From the IMG/VR virus record IMGVR_UViG_3300022934_000097, positions 1-31,803 of that record: DNA of 31,803 bases; one strand, 5' to 3'. Positions 1 to 7,995 of this stretch are shown piece by piece. The DNA is from a virus. Taxonomy: Duplodnaviria; Caudoviricetes. The position numbers and the translations under genes were made by a program. The notes under the pieces are model-generated. The model did no database searches. It saw only the letters and a program-made list of their open reading frames with translations, and was not told the DNA's origin. Within the stretch, counting starts at the first letter, position 1. Each line of letters starts with the position of its first letter.

Positions 1-1713
1 AATAATACCTATAGGGTTATCGGCAACGACTGTGGTGTCTGTACGTTCAAATCTAAGAACTTGTGAGTTCGTTGCGCTTGAAAGATGAAGCATTGTGTCA
101 GGATTCGTAGTCCCTATCCCCAGCGACGCTGCCGAAGCATCCCAGAATAACGCTTGGTTTGCAGACCCATCGTAGAAGCTGATGTCGCCTGTGGAATGGT
201 CTACTTTTAGTCTATTCGTAAACGAGGAGCCTGCATCATTTGCTGTCCTTATAGCGAAAGTCCCTAAACCATTCCTAAAATTAGTGTTTAGGTCAGTAGT
301 GTCTGATTCATTAAGCGTTATTTGCGGGTCTGAACCATCAACAGTCAAACCATCAGCAGTCACTGTGCCGGTTACGTCGATGCCTGTGGCGGTTGTGGCT
401 AGTTTTTCAAGCCCATTGTAAAAAATCTTAGCGTCACCGTTGCTGGTACCCTCAAAGAAACTTTCGCCAAGAGTTGTATTTCTTAAAATGATTTTATCGC
501 CATTGGTGGCTAAATATAAATCGCCAGTTCCAGTTTCTTGCACAAAGCTGTGCGAACCTGTGTGATAAATCTGCAGATCAGAGCCAGCACCGAAGATGGC
601 TTTTACGTTGTCACCAAAGTTAGCGTTGCCAGTAAACGTAGCGTCCCCTGCGCTATCAATAGTCAGAGCCGTAACTTGGGCATTAACACTAGAACCTGTA
701 GAACCCGCAGGAGCCGTTTGGAAAATTAATGAACCACCAGCGCCTGTACCCGTACCTGCGCCGCCTTTGACCGTAACTGCCGTACCCGCAGCGTCAGTAC
801 CGGATGCGTCAGCAGTTCCGATGGAGATGTCTTTTATGAGTAAAGAATCAATAGTGACGCCAGCCGCAGCGGTCTTCTCGTTGACAGTATCGACAGAAAG
901 CGCGGTGGTTATCGTGACCGAATCTGGCAAGCCGATGGTCAGTGTTTGACTAGTTGCAGAGGTTTCAATCTCGTTAGCTGTCCCTGCAATCGTGAAGGTC
1001 TGGCTGTCGAGGTCAACCGCGCCGGTCCCAGTATCGCCAGCAAAGTCGAGGTCTTCTGCCGTCAACTGTGTGTCAACGTATGCCTTGATAGATTCTGAGG
1101 TTGCCAGGGTCGTTGCAGACGCGGTCGCAAAGGTGTCGTCGTCGAGGACCGCGCTACCGCTCACGCCGGTGTTAAATACGGGAGACGTCAGCGTCTTGTT
1201 GGTCAGGGTTTGAGTGTGCGCCGCAAAGACAAAGGTGTCGTTTCCAGTCAGCAGAGGCAGCGTCACCGTCCTGTCTGCAACCAGCTCGCTGACCGCGAAA
1301 ATGTACTGGTGGTCTGCTGAGGTGTCGTTGATTTGGGGTGTGGTAAGAACCGGGGACGTAAGGGTCTTGTTCGTTAGTGTTTGAGTACCGGCAGTTGAAA
1401 CAACTTGATACCAGGTTCCCAGCGCGCCCCCGTCATCCCGGTTCCACCACATTCCGTTTGATTCTGTAATTGCGACCTGCCCGTACCGGATCTCTCCAGT
1501 CGCCGCCGTGTCGCGCACCGCCGAGATGAGGATCGCCCGGTCAGTTGATGGCGCGTTGGAGCTAGACGCGCCGAGCGAGTAGAAGCCGCTCTTTCGTACC
1601 GCAACCGCCGTAGTGTCTGTGCTGTCGGTCAGCGAGGTCTTGCCGACGTTCGCAGCATCAGCGTCGTCCAGAATGACCTGAACTTGTGCAGTTGTTTGTG
1701 TGAGCTGTCCCAT
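1..1713 (-). CDS. Tail fibre / receptor-binding protein, N-terminal part (runs off left end; absent from ORF track)
   Basis: Hand translation from ATG at 1713 (MGQLTQTTAQVQVILDDADAAN...) stays open to base 1 (...FERTDTTVVADNPIGII). It is T/G/S/A-rich with TQTLTNKTLTSP repeats and LGIGTTNP / FGAGSDLQIYH motifs typical of phage fibres, and lies directly after the gp10-like gene. Confidence 0.85.
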   Translation of the reverse strand, partial: MGQLTQTTAQVQVILDDADAANVGKTSLTDSTDTTAVAVRKSGFYSLGASSSNAPSTDRAILISAVRDTAATGEIRYGQVAITESNGMWWNRDDGGALGTWYQVVSTAGTQTLTNKTLTSPVLTTPQINDTSADHQYIFAVSELVADRTVTLPLLTGNDTFVFAAHTQTLTNKTLTSPVFNTGVSGSAVLDDDTFATASATTLATSESIKAYVDTQLTAEDLDFAGDTGTGAVDLDSQTFTIAGTANEIETSATSQTLTIGLPDSVTITTALSVDTVNEKTAAAGVTIDSLLIKDISIGTADASGTDAAGTAVTVKGGAGTGTGAGGSLIFQTAPAGSTGSSVNAQVTALTIDSAGDATFTGNANFGDNVKAIFGAGSDLQIYHTGSHSFVQETGTGDLYLATNGDKIILRNTTLGESFFEGTSNGDAKIFYNGLEKLATTATGIDVTGTVTADGLTVDGSDPQITLNESDTTDLNTNFRNGLGTFAIRTANDAGSSFTNRLKVDHSTGDISFYDGSANQALFWDASAASLGIGTTNPDTMLHLSSATNSQVLRFERTDTTVVADNPIGII

Positions 1714-1715
1714 AC

Positions 1716-3143
1716 TTAGCCTCTCAGAACTTGGGCATCAATTGCCGCGTTAATAATGTCCACCTTTGCGTCGGTGGTTGTCTCAACGCGGACGATGATC
1801 TCCCGGCACTTGCCGAGCGCGTTGATGTCGATTGTCTTGTTGCCGTTTACAGAAACGGTGTTGATTGTCGTGAAGGTAATCAGGTCCTTGCTGACCTTGA
1901 CGGTGACGTCTGTCGCTGCGCTGGTCTCGACGTGCAGCTTGATCTGGTCGATGACCATCTCTGCCCCGCCGACGCCAAACACCTCAGAAGAGATGAGCGG
2001 CAGGTCCTTCCTGCGGGTCATGTTCGACCCGTCCTGCTGATAGCTTGAGTAGTCCAGCCGGTAGATCTTCTTGTTGGTTGCGTGTGCCGCAAGAACCAGG
2101 TTGAACGCCTGTATGACGTTGGTCGTTACAAAGTCCTTCTCGAACCAGGAGCCGGATGGGACGTGGTGGGTCCAGATGACGCCTTGGTCGGGGAAGATAA
2201 AGTCGACAAAGTTTTCCTGGTGCAGCGAGTAGCAAGAAACCCTGGCGCTGGTGAAGTCGTCAACACCGTAGTTGGCCCATGCCTCGCCGATTGCAGGAAC
2301 ATACAGCGGCGAGAACTGGCTCCCGACAATAATCCCAGGACGCCGGTTGCCGTCAATGAAGTAAATCGCGCCGTCGATTGAGTCGACCGCGTATGACCCG
2401 CAAATGCCGTGTTGCAGCACCGCTTGGCGGTCCAGTGGTGGACGCCCTGTGCCGCTCGTAAACCACACCTCGGTGGTCTTTTCTCCAAACAGGTAAAGCA
2501 ATTGGTTGAGCGAGAAAACCCGCCTGATGTCATCAGGGAGCGCCTCAGCCTGGGCAAAATCAAGTGAACTAACGTCTGTTCCATCGTTAAGCGCAGAGAC
2601 GACAAAGTAGCCGTTGGGCTGGTCGTAAATGAATCGAGAATCAAGAAACGCCACCGACTTGGTGGTGTCTAGGTCGACGTCTGTGATCTCCTGCAAGCCG
2701 CCCGCGACGGTGTAAACATAGGCCGACGGGTTGCCGCCGGTGCAGATAATTAACTGCGTTGCATCTGTCGCCATCACGACCGGGGTCGGGTCGTTTGATA
2801 TGTTGCCCAAAAATAGCGCGTTACCGCCTGAGTCAACCGAGTAAAGAGAGGACCCGGTGACCTGATACATCAACTGATTCGGACCCTCGGCGATGATCCC
2901 CCTGTCGGCCCCTCCTGGGGTGATTGACGCCTCAACAACGTTCCCGTCCACGTCAGTAATGGTCGACGCCAGAGAGTCTGTCAGGGCCTCTCCTGTGCTT
3001 AGGAAGTCGGCAAACGTAACGTAGCCAGGAACCTGGCGATACCCTTGCAGCGTGTGCGGGTAGATGTTGATCGTCTGCTGCCGGTTGGCATCCAGCCGGG
3101 TAGAGTCGTAGCTGCTCTCCAGCTTGACGTTGGCTCTACTCAT
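1716..3143 (-). CDS. P22 gp10-like tail hub / packaged-DNA stabilisation protein
   Basis: 475 aa beta-rich protein with DFAQAEALPD and LFGEKTTEVW motifs. Size and position after the coat and gp4-like genes match P22 gp10. Confidence 0.85.
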   Translation of the reverse strand: MSRANVKLESSYDSTRLDANRQQTINIYPHTLQGYRQVPGYVTFADFLSTGEALTDSLASTITDVDGNVVEASITPGGADRGIIAEGPNQLMYQVTGSSLYSVDSGGNALFLGNISNDPTPVVMATDATQLIICTGGNPSAYVYTVAGGLQEITDVDLDTTKSVAFLDSRFIYDQPNGYFVVSALNDGTDVSSLDFAQAEALPDDIRRVFSLNQLLYLFGEKTTEVWFTSGTGRPPLDRQAVLQHGICGSYAVDSIDGAIYFIDGNRRPGIIVGSQFSPLYVPAIGEAWANYGVDDFTSARVSCYSLHQENFVDFIFPDQGVIWTHHVPSGSWFEKDFVTTNVIQAFNLVLAAHATNKKIYRLDYSSYQQDGSNMTRRKDLPLISSEVFGVGGAEMVIDQIKLHVETSAATDVTVKVSKDLITFTTINTVSVNGNKTIDINALGKCREIIVRVETTTDAKVDIINAAIDAQVLRG

Positions 3144-3538
3144 AGGTCGTCAATGATGTTGTATTTGTAGGTGAAGGCCAGGTCGGACATATCCACGCTC
3201 ATGTCGATGGAGATGTCGGCCTCAAGCCGGTCCTTTGTGTCCTCTGCGATCTTGAAAACAACCGCAGACGGGTCGATACCGAACTCGCTAGAGATTTCTA
3301 CCGCTAAGTTATAAGCAAGCGCCCTCTGGGTGCCTGCGGGAATATCGAGCGAGTCAGAAACAGCAGAGGGCGCCGGGATGTTACACACACCGTCCTCGGC
3401 CCACTCAGAAATTAGGTTTTGGAGCGCAATGAACGCGTCACTGTTTTTATTGGCGTCGTCGGTCGAAAAGGTGACACCGGACGTGCGAACGCGGAGGAGT
3501 GCGGTCGCCTGATCAATTATGTTCTGCGATGTAGCCAT
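3140..3538 (-). CDS. P22 gp4-like head-tail adaptor
   Basis: 132 aa; II..A..LL N-terminus and ALAYNLAVEI motif; lies between coat and gp10-like genes. Confidence 0.75.
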   Translation of the reverse strand: MATSQNIIDQATALLRVRTSGVTFSTDDANKNSDAFIALQNLISEWAEDGVCNIPAPSAVSDSLDIPAGTQRALAYNLAVEISSEFGIDPSAVVFKIAEDTKDRLEADISIDMSVDMSDLAFTYKYNIIDDL

Positions 3539-3547
3539 TGCGACTCC

Positions 3548-3573
3548 AAAAAGAAAGGGGGCTCAAGGCCCCC
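3548..3573 (-). terminator. Intrinsic terminator after coat gene
   Basis: Minus strand GGGGGC-CTTGA-GCCCCC followed by TTTCTTTT immediately after the coat stop codon. Confidence 0.75.
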
Positions 3574-3578
3574 GTGGT

Positions 3579-4766
3579 TTAGTTGATACCTACTCGGCAA
3601 GCCAACTCAGGTCGGATTGCTTTGTAGCCGTACAACACGTCAATTCGACAAGGGTACTTGTCGTCAGAGATGGTGTAGTCACGGATCACTCGCATTGAGA
3701 TACCGTCCATCACTTCTCGTGCTGCAAAGTCAACGCCCTGCGGCAATACAAGGTCAGCCGTTGCGAAGGCAAAGGCGTTCTTGCTGAATGCCAGCGTTTC
3801 CTGCCAGTCGGCAGAAGCGCCGCCGCCTACCTTGGAGACCGCAGCGTTGTCAGCGGGTGAGCCGCTTACATTCTGGCGACCGCCTGAGACGGTGATTGCA
3901 GGTGAAATGCTCAAAGACGTAGCAGAAGCTCCAGAGTCAGCCGTTACAACGAACTGCTGGAGTACGCCGGTGTCTGCCTTCGTTTCCGGGTGAACGCGGT
4001 TTACGCCCGCAATGGTGATGATGTCACCCTTGAGGAACGTGGTTGAGCCGGTGTCAACCGTCAGGCTTGAGCCAGTCTGTGAGCCGCCGTTGACCAGGTA
4101 GCCGGTCGTGGCAGCAGCAGTACCAGTCGTGTGGACGGGCATGAGGGTGTTTTCATAATGGTCGAAACCAGCAATGCGCCCGAGCATACCTTCCTTGTAC
4201 TGCTTGGCGATCTGCGAAGAGTCTTGGAAGAGACCCTTGGTGTCGGCAAGCATATCCACAACAGACTGCGGGTTGTGCAAGTAAGAACGATCACCGTAAG
4301 GTGCAAGGTTGTCAGTCAAAACCCTTGCGCCGTTGGTTACGTTTGCAAACGTGTTTGCAGAACCTACGCCGCTGTAGAAGTTGTAGACGTCCTTGTACAT
4401 TGACAGTGCATCTGACTCAATGTTTGCAGCCAGTACAGACATCGCAGGCTCAAGGTATCGCGCCTTGAACTCGTCGATGTGCATCGTCAACTCTTCAGAG
4501 CTGAATGAGAAATCCACGCCCTTCTGAGTGTCTACAGTCATCGTTACAGATGATTCAGTTACGTCTTGAGCCGACAATGACGCGCCTGATCGGACAGTGA
4601 ACTCATTCGGCAAGCGAATCTTGAGGTCGTTACCAATCTTTGCGCCGCTCTTGGCGTACTGATCGTCGTATTGAGTGTTGATGTTGCCCACGAAATTCAG
4701 TTTCTGATGAAGAATAGCGAGGGCTTCTTTGGTGATCACACTAGGTGTGAGTAAAGAGTTAGCCAT
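3579..4766 (-). CDS. Major capsid protein, P22 gp5 family
   Basis: 395 aa; MANSLLTPSVITKEAL start, KIGNDLKIRLP, and RIDVLYGYKAIRPELAC C-terminus characteristic of P22-type coat proteins. Confidence 0.93.
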   Translation of the reverse strand: MANSLLTPSVITKEALAILHQKLNFVGNINTQYDDQYAKSGAKIGNDLKIRLPNEFTVRSGASLSAQDVTESSVTMTVDTQKGVDFSFSSEELTMHIDEFKARYLEPAMSVLAANIESDALSMYKDVYNFYSGVGSANTFANVTNGARVLTDNLAPYGDRSYLHNPQSVVDMLADTKGLFQDSSQIAKQYKEGMLGRIAGFDHYENTLMPVHTTGTAAATTGYLVNGGSQTGSSLTVDTGSTTFLKGDIITIAGVNRVHPETKADTGVLQQFVVTADSGASATSLSISPAITVSGGRQNVSGSPADNAAVSKVGGGASADWQETLAFSKNAFAFATADLVLPQGVDFAAREVMDGISMRVIRDYTISDDKYPCRIDVLYGYKAIRPELACRVGIN

Positions 4767-4778
4767 TTTAAGCCTCTA

Positions 4779-5612
4779 TTATTTTTTATACCCCCTGAAC
4801 CTGGCGTACTCCTCCGGGGTCATCTTGTCGGGATCTTTCTCAACCCTTCCTGATGCCCTGACGGGTTTCGCTGGCGCGGGGGCGTTGCTTGTTGAGACAG
4901 GGTTTGGCTTGGCAAGCTGTGCGCTTAATCGACCCAGCTCCATCATCGCAATGCCCGGTGCCATGTTGTTAATGGCTGCGGTCTTCTGCGGGTTGGATGC
5001 CAGGTGATATGCAAGAGCCGGCCCGTTATCACTAAGTAATATGGCCTGCTGCATTGCCTCGCTTTGAGTAAACTGAGGGCTGCCTACCTTTTGCATAAAG
5101 TCTGGGACCTCATGCGCGAAGGCCGCGCTGCGCTCCTTGAACGCCTCGATGACCGCCTGGTTGGCTTGCTTTCGGAGTTGCTCGACCTGGAACTTTTCCT
5201 GCTGGCTCAGTGCCTGCTGAACAGTGCGCTGGTTTAGTTGTGCGTTGTATGCGACAACCGCCTGCTGGTATGCGCCTTGGTCGTAGTCGTAGTCCTCAAG
5301 CTGGGGGAAGCGATCAAGCTGCGGCGTGTTCTGGTTGAGTCTCTGCTCAAGCAGTTGCGCCCGCTCCTCGGCCTCCTTGGCCCTAAGCTCTGCCTCTCTT
5401 ACCTGTCGGGTTTTTTGGTTGATCCTTTCTTGGAAGGAGTTGCGCTTCTTCTGGCGCTCTTCTTCGCTTTCGGGGGGATCTTCCCCGGATGGCTCCGACG
5501 AATCGGAGGTTTCGCCTCTCGGCTCTTGAGCCTCTTCAACCGCTGGCTCTGCTTCGGTTGACACGCTAGTGTCTTCAGCTATTGCTGCATCAGTCATGAG
5601 TTTCGTCTCCAC
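4779..5612 (-). CDS. Scaffolding protein (start may be ATG 5597)
   Basis: Acidic N-terminus, coiled coil (FQERINQKTRQVREAE), GPALAYHLASNP motif and short C-terminal helix (DKMTPEEYARFR); directly upstream of coat. Confidence 0.85.
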   Translation of the reverse strand: METKLMTDAAIAEDTSVSTEAEPAVEEAQEPRGETSDSSEPSGEDPPESEEERQKKRNSFQERINQKTRQVREAELRAKEAEERAQLLEQRLNQNTPQLDRFPQLEDYDYDQGAYQQAVVAYNAQLNQRTVQQALSQQEKFQVEQLRKQANQAVIEAFKERSAAFAHEVPDFMQKVGSPQFTQSEAMQQAILLSDNGPALAYHLASNPQKTAAINNMAPGIAMMELGRLSAQLAKPNPVSTSNAPAPAKPVRASGRVEKDPDKMTPEEYARFRGYKK

Positions 5613-5631
5613 GGATTGATCCCCACAAATG

Positions 5632-5653
5632 AAAAAACCGCCCGGAGGCGGTT
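5632..5653 (-). terminator. Intrinsic terminator between ART-like gene and scaffold
   Basis: Minus strand AACCGCC-TCCG-GGCGGTT followed by a T tract. Confidence 0.7.
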
Positions 5654-5712
5654 CTTACAGGGCTGTGGGTATGCCCTAGTAACAGTGAGTCGGCACTGTT
5701 AAACCGAAAGAT

Positions 5713-7155
5713 TTATGCTTCTTCGTAAAGGCTTTCTGGGTCTTGACCCGTCTGGCCTGCGATCAAAGCTGCTGCCGCAGGAATTGCTATGCCCAGCTTC
5801 TTGGATATTTCGATAAGTCGAGCGTCGAACACGACGTAATTACTTGATCTTTTTTCTTTAGATTTGTGTCTAGTGAACGCGTCAGCGTATCGGATGCCCT
5901 TTATGCCCGCGTTTTGCAGAGCCTCAGCAGCTTCTTCTGCCCCGTCTTGTTCAAGCCATCTGACTAGGTCACCACCAACTGGGTTATCACCCCGAGCGCC
6001 CGCAACGTCTCCTGCACCTTCCTCGGCATACTCAAACCAATCGGAGGCTTCTAATGCTCGACGGACCTTTTCAGGCTGCTCATCTACGAGTGCGTCCCAA
6101 TCCAAAAATTCGTCTTCATCAGCATCTATCATGACCTCATAAAGTTTGCCTTCTGGCTTATCTAAAATGAGCGAAGGTGCAATCAATTCGTCGTAGACGC
6201 GCATTTGATCTTTGTTAAATCCAGACAAGACAATATCTAAATCCTGCTGCGACCTAACTTGAGAAATTTCAGCTAACGCTTGATCTAGTGGCGCGAAGTC
6301 TGCATCGAAATCGTAGACCTCGTTTAAATCGACTGAGAGTCTGCCTTTCGCCGCTTTCTCTACATCATCAAAATCAAATCGTGTTTCTGTACCGTCAAAG
6401 GTTTTTTGAATCAGATTGTCTATTGCGTTTGAGAGTTGATCGTAATCAACAGAGTCATCTTGTGTCGCAAAATCTAAAATTTCTTGACGAAAGCCATCTA
6501 CGTCCTGTCTGCGTCTGACAGCGTCATATAGTTCTGGAAACTTTTCTCTAATTGCGCTGGTGTAGACAGTATCGACTGCCTTGTCGTTCACCTTGAATAT
6601 GGGCTCCGTTAGGGCATCTCTGTAACTTTTTGCGACCTTCTCATCTTCGGCGAAATAAAGCCCTCGCCCATAAGCCTGAGCGCCTTCTCCTGTACCTATT
6701 GCGTCGGTACTGAACTCATCAAAGTCATAAGGGGAGCCATGAAAGGCCTTGATCTTTCTTGCAGGTACAGGGATCACCGCAGCGCCAGCCATCAATCCCG
6801 CGCCCATTGCGGCTCCTATCTCGTCGCCAAACTTTGATTGCAAGCTGGGGACAACTGTGCCCTCAAAATAGGCAACCGCCTCGTCTATACCGATCTCTTC
6901 AGCAATCTGAACAAAGGCGTCTGAGAGCGCCTTGAGACCTTCCTGGCCGGCCTTGGATCTTGGGTTATAGGTCAGTCGTTCTTGCACCCTGCCGACCGTG
7001 TTGGGGTCCCTGGTAAGCAATGCGGCGATCCCTGAGACGGGTTCTGCCGCTGATGCGCTCGCTACCGTCATCGCAGGCTCAAGCACCCTTGCGATGGTGT
7101 TGCGACCCTCTTGAGATCCAAGAACGCTCTGGATGTAGCGAGGTGAAGCGGGCAT
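5713..7155 (-). CDS. Putative virion-associated protein with ADP-ribosyltransferase-like (ART-PolyVal-type) domain
   Basis: Motifs AFHGSPYDFDEF, GTGEGAQAYGRGLYFAE, GKLYEV, AGIKGIRY and NYVVFD, as in the ART-like domain of phage polyvalent proteins; Ala/Gly-rich N-terminus with LTYNPRS. Confidence 0.65.
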   Translation of the reverse strand: MPASPRYIQSVLGSQEGRNTIARVLEPAMTVASASAAEPVSGIAALLTRDPNTVGRVQERLTYNPRSKAGQEGLKALSDAFVQIAEEIGIDEAVAYFEGTVVPSLQSKFGDEIGAAMGAGLMAGAAVIPVPARKIKAFHGSPYDFDEFSTDAIGTGEGAQAYGRGLYFAEDEKVAKSYRDALTEPIFKVNDKAVDTVYTSAIREKFPELYDAVRRRQDVDGFRQEILDFATQDDSVDYDQLSNAIDNLIQKTFDGTETRFDFDDVEKAAKGRLSVDLNEVYDFDADFAPLDQALAEISQVRSQQDLDIVLSGFNKDQMRVYDELIAPSLILDKPEGKLYEVMIDADEDEFLDWDALVDEQPEKVRRALEASDWFEYAEEGAGDVAGARGDNPVGGDLVRWLEQDGAEEAAEALQNAGIKGIRYADAFTRHKSKEKRSSNYVVFDARLIEISKKLGIAIPAAAALIAGQTGQDPESLYEEA

Positions 7156-7158
7156 TTA

Positions 7159-7467
7159 TCAGGCCATACCACCCTGATAAGGCGTGAAAGTTTGCAGCCC
7201 GGTGGCGGGATCAATTACCACCCGATACATCCTCCCGTCACGACCGCGAACAGGCTGGGCTTGTCCTGGCTGTGCTGCGGGCTGAGGCGGCTGCATCCCG
7301 CCCATGTTGGGCATCGCGCCCATCCCTGGTGCGCCCATTTGTGGTTGAGCGCCAGGCCGTGGCATTGGTGCCCGCATCTGTTGCGGAACTGCCGCACCCA
7401 CAGGATTTGCCTGCGGTCGCTGTGCAGGGGCCCGGCCCATTAACATCTGTGCGATTTGGTTGTTCAT
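7159..7467 (-). CDS. Q/P/G/M-rich low-complexity protein
   Basis: 102 aa; ATGA overlap with the upstream peptide gene and 3 nt from the next gene; short structured-looking C-terminus (GRDGRMYRVVIDPATG). Confidence 0.7.
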   Translation of the reverse strand: MNNQIAQMLMGRAPAQRPQANPVGAAVPQQMRAPMPRPGAQPQMGAPGMGAMPNMGGMQPPQPAAQPGQAQPVRGRDGRMYRVVIDPATGLQTFTPYQGGMA

Positions 7468-7574
7468 TTCTTTTTCCTGTAGCTAACTTTTTTTCCAGAC
7501 TTCTTTGCCGCCTTCTTAGCAGCAGCCATGCCCTTCGGCGTGTATGCGTAGTGTTTGTTCCCAACCTTTGGCAT
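7464..7574 (-). CDS. Very basic 36 aa peptide (not in ORF track)
   Basis: MPKVGNKHYAYTPKGMAAAKKAAKKSGKKVSYRKKK; starts 2 nt after the previous stop and its stop overlaps the next ATG. Confidence 0.7.
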   Translation of the reverse strand: MPKVGNKHYAYTPKGMAAAKKAAKKSGKKVSYRKKK

Positions 7575-7576
7575 TC

Positions 7577-7717
7577 CTACTTCCTCTTTGCTGACTTCTT
7601 GAGCGACTTGGCTGTCGGTGCGCCCTTGCTGCCTGGCTTTCTCATCCTCTCGCCAGATCCCGCCTTAATGCGCTTGCGCTTTGCGTGGATGTTGTCCCAC
7701 AGGCCTTTCTTTCTCAC
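7577..7717 (-). CDS. Very basic 46 aa peptide (not in ORF track)
   Basis: GTG start overlapping the upstream stop (GTGA), AAGGAG upstream; MRKKGLWDNIHAKRKRIKAGSGERMRKPGSKGAPTAKSLKKSAKRK. Confidence 0.75.
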   Translation of the reverse strand: MRKKGLWDNIHAKRKRIKAGSGERMRKPGSKGAPTAKSLKKSAKRK

Positions 7718-7995
7718 CACTTCTCCTTGTTAGCCCACCAGGCCGCACTCATGCGGCCCTTCTTGATATTGCCCGCGTGTCTTTTTTTCCATGACTCGCG
7801 GCGCTTGCGGCTTGCCTCGCTCTCTCCTGATCGCTTTGGGCTTCCGCTCACGCCCTGCTGACCAAACCTGATCAGCTTCGTCTGGCTGCCTTCCTTGGCG
7901 ACTACGGCGTGAGACTTTGTCTTGTGGCCGGGCGTCTTTACGGCTTGGTTGTAGCGCGACGCGCCGATCTTAGTTAAACGGGGGTCTTTGGGCAT
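7714..7995 (-). CDS. Small basic phage protein
   Basis: 93 aa, K/R-rich, with KSHAVVAK, KLIRFGQQG and SAAWWANKEKW motifs recurrent in environmental phages; overlaps the portal end. Confidence 0.8.
   Translation of the reverse strand: MPKDPRLTKIGASRYNQAVKTPGHKTKSHAVVAKEGSQTKLIRFGQQGVSGSPKRSGESEASRKRRESWKKRHAGNIKKGRMSAAWWANKEKW

Noticed and set aside
182-1604. Short track ORFs over the left end (plus strand and 1374..1604 minus)
   Set aside because: They are shadows of the continuous minus-strand fibre ORF 1713..1.
7238-7733. Track ORFs 7238..7564 (-) and 7272..7733 (+)
   Set aside because: Better explained by the coupled 46, 36 and 102 aa minus-strand genes.
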